From: Mobula hypostoma
Taxonomy: Eukaryota
DNA length: 60,000 nucleotides
Assembly (NCBI RefSeq): GCF_963921235.1
Contig: NC_086108.1
Span: 60,452,001-60,512,000 of the forward strand
Reading direction: 5' to 3'
A program made the position numbers and the translations under genes. Below are positions 51,240 through 60,000 of this stretch, piece by piece (the first letter of the stretch is position 1; every line of letters starts with the position of its first letter). The notes under the pieces were generated by a model, which saw only the letters and a list, made by a program, of their open reading frames with translations, had not been told where the DNA came from and did not search any database.

Positions 51240-53384
51240 GCGCCTCTTCCTATAGATGCTGCCTGGCCTGCTGCGTTCACCAGCAACTTTGATGTGTGTT
51301 GCATAAGAAGAAGTGAATTGACAATCCCTATAATACTGTGTGAATACGAGTTGAGTAACACTTGGAGGGGCATTGAGAACTGGAAGGGGATGGAATGTAG
51401 ACTGAGTTTGAGACCTCACCATTTACCATCAGAGGTGTCTCATTGAATTATCAATGACTAAGTAGGCTTGTTCCTATAAAGCATAGCTTGTAGACTCGAC
51501 TGAGAACAGGTAGAAGAAAACCATTATGAGAGATCTGGTCATTCTCAGAAATTTAACTGTTGCAGATTCATCTTCAATATTGTAAGGGGAAACTACATCA
51601 TAATCCTTGTGGAGGCAAAGCTCATACTGAGAAAGCACTACATCATATCATATACGTGTACCACTACTACAGTAAACATAACTTCACAATAGACCTAACT
51701 TTTGTAATTTGAAACTGTAGATTATCAACAGTTACATGGTATATTTCACCACACCCTGTAATTCATGGCCTAGTCTATTCACATGTTATATTATCATCAG
51801 GTAAAGGTACCAACCTTTTCTTAAGGTGATGCATAGAGCCTGGTAGGTGTAGCATCAGACCTATATAAAAATAATGTGCCAACGAGGTGAAGCAGCAGCA
51901 CAAACATGCCAAATATAGCAGCCTCCCATCCGCCCAACAATCTCTTTGATCCTTTACCATCAGGCAGAAGGTACCACAGTACTAGGACAAGGACTGTTAG
52001 GATGGGAAGCAGCTTCCTCCCCCAGGCTGTGAGACTATGGAACTCCCTGCCACCAGCCAGGTCTCATCACATTATGAAGCACCAGCAGCGTTATACTGTT
52101 TTACCTTTTAACTCCTGTCATAAGTTCACCTTATTATTTGTTAATTTATTTGTATTAATATTACTTAATGTGTTGTGTGTGAGGGGAACGTTGGTCCAGG
52201 GTATTGTTGTTTCGTTTAGCGGCATACATGTATATGGTTGAATGACAATAAACTTGAACTTGAGAACAACACAGTAACTGGCCCATCCAGTCCATGCCAA
52301 TCTGATATTCTACCTAATTCCAGCTACCAGCAGCCACACCATATCTCTCCAAACCCCTCTCATCCACGTACCTACCCAAACTTCTCTTAAATTTTACAAT
52401 TAATCTTCCATCTACCATTTCTGCCCGCAATTCATTCCACACTCAAAGAGAAGTTTCCCTTCAGATTGCCCTTCAATATTTCATCTTTCACTCTAAACTT
52501 ATATGACCTTTAGTTCTAGTCTCATGCATTCACCCTATAATCAAAAGTAGCAACTAATAGAGTTTGACCATCCCACAATCATCAGACCTGATTAACACTC
52601 TGCAATCCTGTCGTATTTGATTATGTAGTGGTGGACAATTAAACAGGTAACTGACTAACATAAGGTAGTGGTGACACAATACATACTGTACTAAACTCCA
52701 GATAATGCAATGGCTAGAAGAGAAAAGAGGCTCATATCAGGGGAATGGATGTCAACTCAGGAAGATGAGAAGACAGATATGGAAAGTGTACCACCAGCCC
52801 AGTTGATTGCGAACAGCAAAGCTCGGGAACAAGCTTACAACCCAAGATCCCTCTGTACATCAGTGCCCTAAGTGGCCTGCCAATTTTCTTTATTTTCCTC
52901 TCGTACCGAACCTCCCAAAATATATATCTCACACTTGTCTGGATGAAGCTCCAGCTGCTATTTCTCCATCAAAATTTCCAACCAATCCATATCCTACTCT
53001 ATCTTTTTACAATCTTCGTCACTATCCACAACACACCAATTTACTTACTTACTTATTTAGAGATACAGCGTGGTACCAGACCTTCGAGAAGTGCCACCAG
53101 CAACCCACTGATTTAACTCCAGCCTGATCACAGGCAAATTTACAATGACCAATTAACCTACTAATCAGTGTCTGTCATCGGCAAACTTACTAATTAGTCC
53201 ACTTTCACTCAAATTATCAACATATATTACAAACAGTAGCTCAATTGTTCAACATCACTAACAATTTTGTATCCACATTACCAGCTCACTTTAACTTAAT
53301 CTTCTGGACCAGCTTGCCACAACATCTACTGCCCTATCTTCATTAATCATCTTCATTAATCATCTTCATCATCTCCACAAAACA

Positions 53385-54060
53385 CAGCTTGACTTGCAAG
53401 TTGAGTCGGTAGTAAGGTAGGCAAATGCAATGTTATCATTTATTTTGAGAGGACTAGAATATAAAAGCAAGAATGCCACGGTGAGGCTTTCTAAGGCATT
53501 GGTTAGAACACATTTGGAATATTGTGAGCACTTTTGGGCTCCATTTCCATGAAAGGGTGTGCTGACATTAGAGAGGGTCCAGAGGAAGTTTACTAGAGTG
53601 ATCCCGGGAATGAAAGTGTTAAATGTATGAGGAGCATTTGATGGCTGTGGGCCTGTACTCACTGGAGTTTAGAAGAATGAAGAGGTAATCTCACTGAAAC
53701 CTACCAAATATGAAAAGCCTGGACAGAGTAAATATGGAGAGGATGTTTTCAATAGTGGGAGACTTTAGGACCAGACAGCATAGACTTTGAATAGAAGGAT
53801 GTTCATCTAAAGCAGAAATGAGGAGGGATTTCTTTAGCTAGAGGGTGGTGAATCTTCATTTGTCACAGAGGGCAAAGTCATTAGATGTATTTAAAGTTAA
53901 AGTTGATGGGTTCTTGATTAGTAAGGAAGTCAAAGGCTGTGGAAGAAGACAGGAGAATGGGGCTGAGAAGGAAAATAAATCAGCCATGATTGAATGGCGG
54001 AGCAGACTGGAAGGGCCAAAAGGCTTAATTCTGCTCCTATGTCTTATGATTTTATGGTCT
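53385..54060 (+). mobile_element. Degraded CR1 LINE 3' fragment
   Basis: LVRTHLEYCEHFWAP-like sequence and a tcttatg-type 3' end. Confidence 0.75.
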
Positions 54061-55559
54061 TCTATGTATTAGAACTTCAATGAAGGTATGAAGTTCAAAG
54101 TAAATATATTATCAAATACATCTGTGTCACTGTACTCAACCCTGACAAGTCCTCTTAAACAATAACAGCGAGGAATTTAAAGTTGCTGACCCTCTCTACC
54201 TCTGATCCTCTGGTAAGGACTGGATCATGGACATTTGATTTCCTTCTCCTGAACTCTATAATCAGCTCCTTGGTCTTGCTAACGTTAAGTAAGAAGTTGT
54301 TGTTATGACACCACTCAGCCAGATTTTCAATTTGCCTCCTAAATACTGATTCACAGCTACCTGTGATTTGGTCTCGGACAGTGGTGTCACCAGCAAACTT
54401 GAACATGGTATTGGAGCTGTGCTCCAAAAGAAAAGACTCAAGTATTTGTAACTATCATCAGCAAATAAGGGCTAGGAGGTTGACAGCAGCCTCCTCAGGC
54501 TCCCATCACAGGAACCAGTCTTAGCTGGAGATTGAAAAATCAGCAAAACAACAGGAATTGCCATCATGGCTATTTGTCTCAGCACAGCTGGCAAACTAGC
54601 ATCTGCCTGACAACACAGAATATTACCCTAGTTAACTTCTGTCTGTGTTATCAGAACTATTTCAATCTGACAAACTACAAATACAATGTACTGCAACCTT
54701 TTTAATCAAGACACAACATTGTAGGTGGAGGCTGAACACGTGACATTGTTTGCTGTTTAGCAGCTGATTCAGGTACTCTCCCGATGCTGCTGTGCTGCTT
54801 TTGTTACCCTGCACACATTATATTAACAGTATGTAATAATTATTACTGTTAAATACATATGTGTGATGAACAGGTGGTAAGACAAAGACCATTGACGTCA
54901 TTGTAGTACAGGTGCTCCAGTTACCACCCACTTTCCAGGTGAAAGCTAATAGGCCACTGTAAATTGCCCCTTGTGTGCAGGTGAGTGATAGAATCCGGAA
55001 GGAGCAGGGTGGAATTGTTGGGAATGTGGGGAAAATAAAATGTGATAATGTAATTAATTTATTCATTGCATACCCATTTTAATTAGCAAAAATGGATGCA
55101 CAATGGCCAGACTTGGTGAGCTGAAGGGGCTCTTTCCATGTTTATGACTGAATTCCTCCAACATTTCAGAGCTGGAGTTCTGGATTCAAATTCGTCTCCA
55201 CTAACTCCAGAGACATTAGCAGAAGGAAAAAGATAATGTATATATGCTATGCTACAACAGATGCTTTTTTTTCAAGATGCTTTTTAAAAAAAATTCTGAT
55301 GCTACAGTAGCGTTACAAACTTTTTGGCCCCCAAGTTCTCTGAAGAGAACAGCAGTGAATACAGGGCTCTGGCCTTCATCGTTCCTCCAATACATTAGTG
55401 GGTCATTTGCACATTGCTGTTATGAGGAAATGTTGTGTGCAAGTTGATTGCTGTAGGTATATATCAGCGATACTTTACTGAAAAAAAACACATTTCATTA
55501 GAAAGAAAAGTTCTTAAACCCAGTTCTATCTTCAGGAAACTAAACATTCCTTTACAGAC

Positions 55560-56050
55560 AACGTACTCCCAGAGAACTCCTCACGCCCCATATATGATTG
55601 ACGTATGACGTTTTCGTGCGTGTGACGCAACACAGCGTAGCTGTGACAATTGGCGGCGTCCGATGCGGCGGGGCGGCCTCAGCGAGGGCGGCATGTCGAG
55701 TGATTTCTATCTTCGTTATTATGTGGGGCACAAGGGAAAATTCGGCCACGAGTTTTTGGAGTTTGAGTTCAGGCCGGATGGTAAGTCGTGCCTAGAGGTG
55801 GCGTACGGTGGGGTGAAGTGGGAGCCGGTGTGAGTGACAGGCCTGGCCTGGCCTGGCCTGCCCCGCCGTGCAGCCGCCTGGTCAGGCAGACCGCTTCTGA
55901 GCTTCTCACACAAAATACTGGAGGAATTCAGCAGACCTGGAAAGGAGTAAACAGTCGGCGTCCCAGCGTGGGTCAGGTCACCCTCCAGAGCGGCGTTGGT
56001 CCATCTCCCTCCGCTCTCCTGAGGGTTTCCACCGAGGCAGGCGTACAGCA
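55560..56050 (+). promoter_or_regulatory. CpG-rich promoter and 5' region of MAGOH with clustered CRE/ATF half-sites
   Basis: Abrupt CpG and GC enrichment in an AT-rich background. TGACG at 55599, 55606 and 55623; ATTGG (reverse CCAAT) at about 55649; GGGGCGG at about 55670. Confidence 0.75.
55693..55780 (+). CDS. MAGOH: Protein mago nashi homolog (exon junction complex core), first coding exon; later exons lie beyond the window
   Basis: gcggcATGTCGAGT...CCGGATG|gtaagt, 88 nt; [30 protein letters not shown], essentially the invariant Mago nashi N-terminus. Missed by the ORF track. Confidence 0.97.
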
Positions 56051-58102
56051 CGAGAACAGATCCTTAGGCCCAGTTGATCCATACTAGTGTTTTACCTTCC
56101 TACTTGGATAAGCAAGTGCAGGGGTGGTAAAGTTTGCAGAGGACATGGAGATTGGTGGTGTAGTTTACAACGGGATATTGATAGGACGCAGAGCTGTGCT
56201 GAGAGGTGGCAGATGGATTTCAATGCAGGAAAGTGTCAAGTGATACACTTTAGAAGGTCGAACTTGAAGGAGTACAGGGTTAATGGCAGGATTCTTAATA
56301 GTGTGGATGAATGGAGGGTTCTTGGCTTCCACGTCCATAGACCTCTCAAAAGCTGGCATGCAAGTTGATGGTGTGATTAGTTGGAAGACTGAGTTCAAGG
56401 TAATGTTGCATCTCTTTAAAACTCTGGTTAGACAGGTGGTGGTAGAGTCAGATACATTAGGGATATTGGGATATTTAAGTAACTTGGTTCAAAGTAAATT
56501 TATTATCAAAGTACGTATATGTCACCATATACTACCCCGGGATTCATTTTCTTGCAGACGTTCACAGTAGAACAAAGCTAGCCATCCATTTCTCCTTTAT
56601 CCATGTGCCTATGTGGGAGGGAAGTGTTAGAATGATCCTGGAGTAGGTTAAAAGGTCGGCACAACATTTTGGGCCAAAGGGACTGCACTGGGTAATTTTG
56701 TTCAATGTTCCCATACTTGCTTCAATTTCAATTCCACTCCTTTTTTCCACTTTATTGCTTCCACCCCCCCCCCCCCAGAACCCCAAACTCCACAGCCTGG
56801 GGAAATGAACTCCCTACATATAGAATGTTATGCCCTTTCAGACTTTTGTATGAACTTCCAGTGTAGGGGTGTCCAACCTGGAATCCACAGACTCCTTGCT
56901 TAATGGTTCTGGTCCATGGTATAAAAAAGGTTGAGGACCCCTGTTGTAGAGTGTGCAGTTCTAGACTCCTCATCTGGTAAACCAGTCTAGTGAATCTCTG
57001 TTGTATGTTTTCAATGACAAGTGCATCCTTGGATAAGGAGTTGTACACAGTAGTCCTGTCAAGGTCCTCTACAGTTACAATAGGACTTCCTTGGTTCTAT
57101 TTTCAAGTCCTCTCATAATAAAGGATAACATATTTGTCCTCATTACTTCCTGGCCGTGCATTTTGGTTTTCATTGATAAGTGTACAGTCAGATCTGGGTC
57201 CCATTGAACATAAACAATGGCCAATCTCTCTTTAGTGGTCATCTTAAAGTCCAGGATGTGGGCTATTAGGTCTTGGAAGTTTCTTGCCCTTCAGACCGTT
57301 TATTTTCTTCCCTATAGACAAACTCAATATTTGTCTTTTTTAAGCCTCTAGGATATTACAATTACCTCGCCAACCTTTGAAGCTTTAACTCTGCTTTTAT
57401 ATTTCATCCTCAACTTGGATCTTACTTTCTCTTATCAATGTGTTGGCAATGCCTTAGTTTTCCTGCACTGCTGCAAAAGGAAGGTAGAAAATCTTGAAGT
57501 TGTTTAGAATGTGCAACTTTTCAAGATGCAACAATATTACTAGGCTGAAAACTTGAATTATTTTGCAAAGTCTTCAGGGAAGGTCAGCTAGAAAAGCTCC
57601 TGTTTCTTTTCCATCTAAACTTTTTTTTGGAGGGGGTGTTTGTTATGTAAATGGTACGGAAGCTGCAAGGCCTACAGAGGACAGTAAAAACTGGCGAGAG
57701 GATAATAAAGGTCTTCTCCTCAAACCCCCCCCCCCCATTTGTGACATTTATTGGGAGGATTGCCCAAAGTATTGTTGAGGACCCATACCACAATCTCTTT
57801 GACCTACTACTGTCAGGAAGGCGGTACAGCTGACCTCTACCACATCTGCCAGACTGGGTAACAGCTTCTTCCCTCAGGCTGTGAGACTAATGAATACCCT
57901 GCATAACCTGCCACCACTAGGACAGTGAGCTGTTTACCATACTGTTTACTAGTGCTACGCTGTACTACATGCATTTTGAATTATATTTTATTAATTTACT
58001 TTTAGTATAATATTTTGTTTCATAATGAGAGACATAGTGTGGATAGCCGGAGGCTTTTTCTCAGGGATGAAATGGCTAACACGAGGGGGCATTGTTTTAA
58101 TG

Positions 58103-59331
58103 CAGCAGTCCCCAACCACCGGGCCGCGGACTGGTACCAGGCCGTAAAGCATGTGCTACTGGGCCGTGAGGAAACGATATGATTTGGTGATATGACTCAG
58201 CTGCACCTTTCCTCATTCCCTGTCATGCACTATTGAATTTGAACGCATGTGAGGTCATTACGCACACGTCATCCATGTCAGCGCGGGAAGGAGATCAACT
58301 CCTCGAGCTTGCAAATGACGCCCGGCTGAGAAGTATGTTTGACATAACATCTCTGCCGGCATTCTGGATCAAAGTCAAGGCTAAATATCCTGAGATAGCC
58401 ACGAAAGCACTGAAAATGTAGCTTTCATTTCCAACATTTTTCTGCAAAACGGAGTTTTCTGCATTGAATGCAACGAAAACTAAATTGCGGAATAGACTGG
58501 ACATAAGGACCCCCCTTCGAGAATCGCTGTCTCCCATCACCCCTCGATAGGACCGTCTTGTTGCAGGGAAACAAGCCCAGGGCTCCCACTGATTCAGCGA
58601 TATTGGTGTGTTGTAATGACTTTATATGTTCATACGGAGAAAATATGTGCTGTGTGTTTAATATCCAAACGTTACTTAAAATGTTATGATGCTATTGACT
58701 TACTTATATAACCATATAATAATTACAGCACGGAAACAGGCCATCTCTGTCCTTCTAGTCCGTGCCGAACGCTACTCTCACCTAGTTCCACCGACCTACA
58801 CTCAGCCCATAACCCCCCATTCCTTTCCTGTCCATATACCTATCCAATTTTTCTTTAAATGATAATATCGAACTTGCTTCTGCCACTTCTACTGGAAGTT
58901 CGTTCAACACTTACTTGAAGCTCCCCTGATAATTGACTTATCACTATATTCATGCGTGGAAAATATGTGCTGTGTTTAATATTAAATTCGTTAGAAAAAC
59001 CCTTTTAGAAACGAAATTGAGTGTATTAGCCACTTATCACCTATATTCCGGTCGTGATTAACACCCCCCACCCCGCCCAAACAAAATCACCGAAAACGAT
59101 TTGTAGAAGAAGGGAGAGAGGGAGAAAAAAAATTGGTAGGGGTGCGTACTGGTGCCCGCACAAGGCTTCATGGTCATTGTAGTCTTTCTTGGGGTAAACT
59201 CAACGTATTTGACTGCTACTCTTGTCCGTTGGCAACCCTACCCACCCCCCCCCCTGCCCCAGTCGGCCGGTCCGCAAGAATATTGTCAATATTAAACTGG
59301 TCCGCAGTACGAAAACGGTTGAGGGCCCCTG
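58103..59331 (+). mobile_element. Non-autonomous hAT-Buster element inside a CR1 3' end (MAGOH intron 1)
   Basis: CAGCAGTCCCCAACC ... GGTTGAGGGCCCCTG termini; 8-bp TSD ttttaatg / ttttaagg with central TA; dimerisation-domain remnant FWIKVKAKYPEIATKALK; terminal sequence shared with the 44.7-44.8 kb hAT end. Confidence 0.88.
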
Positions 59332-60000
59332 TTTTAAGGTGCTGAGAAATAGGTACGGGGGATGTCAGGGATAAGTTTTTCCAGACAGAGAGGTGGGTGT
59401 GTGGAATGCATCGCCGGTGATGGTCGTAGAGGCGGATACAATACGGTCTTTTAAGGGATTCTTAGATGGGTACATGGATCTTAGAAAAACAGAGGGCTCT
59501 GCAGTAGGGTAATTCTAGGCAGTTTCTCGAGTAGGCTACATTGTGGGCCGAAGGGCCTATAATGTGCTATAGATTTCTATATGTGCTGTGTGTGATGCAT
59601 GTTTTGTGGGTGCACCATGGTCCAGAGGAGCATTGTTTTGTTTGGATACAGTATATGTACAGTCAGATGGCAAACTTGAACTTGAATGTGGATCAGTGGT
59701 CAGAATGTTGCTTTTTGTTCCAAGCTGAGGAAGATTTCTAAAGTATATCAGTGGTGTAAGACATTGGATACTTGTGGCTCCTCAGATCCACTGCCTTGTA
59801 GCTGTGCTTATACTTGTGTCAAAATCTGCGATCGAATTCATCTTTCCTTGCTCTCACAATTTTTCAAGATTCAAAGATTCAAAAAAACTTTATTGTCATT
59901 CTAACCGTACATTAGCTCTGCAGGGCAGAATGAGACAGCGTTTCCCAGGAGCAGTGCAATCATAACATACAAACGAAACACTAAATAATAAACATAACAA

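Larger units (their letters stand above)
48035..51302. mobile_element. Head-to-head inverted Penelope-like insertion (minus arm 48035-49560, plus arm 49559-51302)
   Basis: ORFs 48459-49577(-) and 49615-50910(+) encode the RT C-terminal part plus GIY-YIG. TSD ataaaaagaagtgaa / ataagaagaagtgaa at 48020-48034 and 51303-51317. Confidence 0.95.

Noticed and set aside
48035..51302. Palindrome as an assembly fold-back artefact
   Set aside because: The arms differ at multiple sites, have different end-points and a unique spacer, and the unit is bounded by a TSD with unique flanks.

Overview
Eukaryotic, repeat-dense vertebrate DNA; the repeat families and intron style suggest a cartilaginous fish, which is an inference. 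Two host loci are present, both on the + strand. (1) A CYP4-family cytochrome P450 pseudogene: exons equivalent to 4-10 and 12 lie at 4563-39157, with three in-frame stops, a 2-nt frameshift, loss of the WxxxR and ExxR arginines, a GC donor, and no recognisable exon 11. (2) The CpG-rich promoter and first coding exon of MAGOH at 55693-55780. Most of the rest is nested transposable elements: CR1, L1-clade and Rex1/Babar-like LINEs, a restriction-like-endonuclease LINE fragment, Gypsy elements (one Gmr1-like with a SCAN-type gag), Tc1/mariner/pogo and hAT-Buster DNA transposons, and many Penelope-like (Neptune-type) elements. The three most interesting observations are: (a) Penelope 3' ends carrying minimal hammerhead ribozymes, which also occur as short stand-alone insertions with 13-14 bp TSDs; (b) a 3.27-kb single-event head-to-head Penelope palindrome, mirrored by a 169-bp insertion with the same architecture; (c) a small LTR element whose interior contains what looks like the C-terminal coiled coil of the host gene SH3KBP1/CIN85. 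All homology calls come from reading and recalling sequences; no searches were run.
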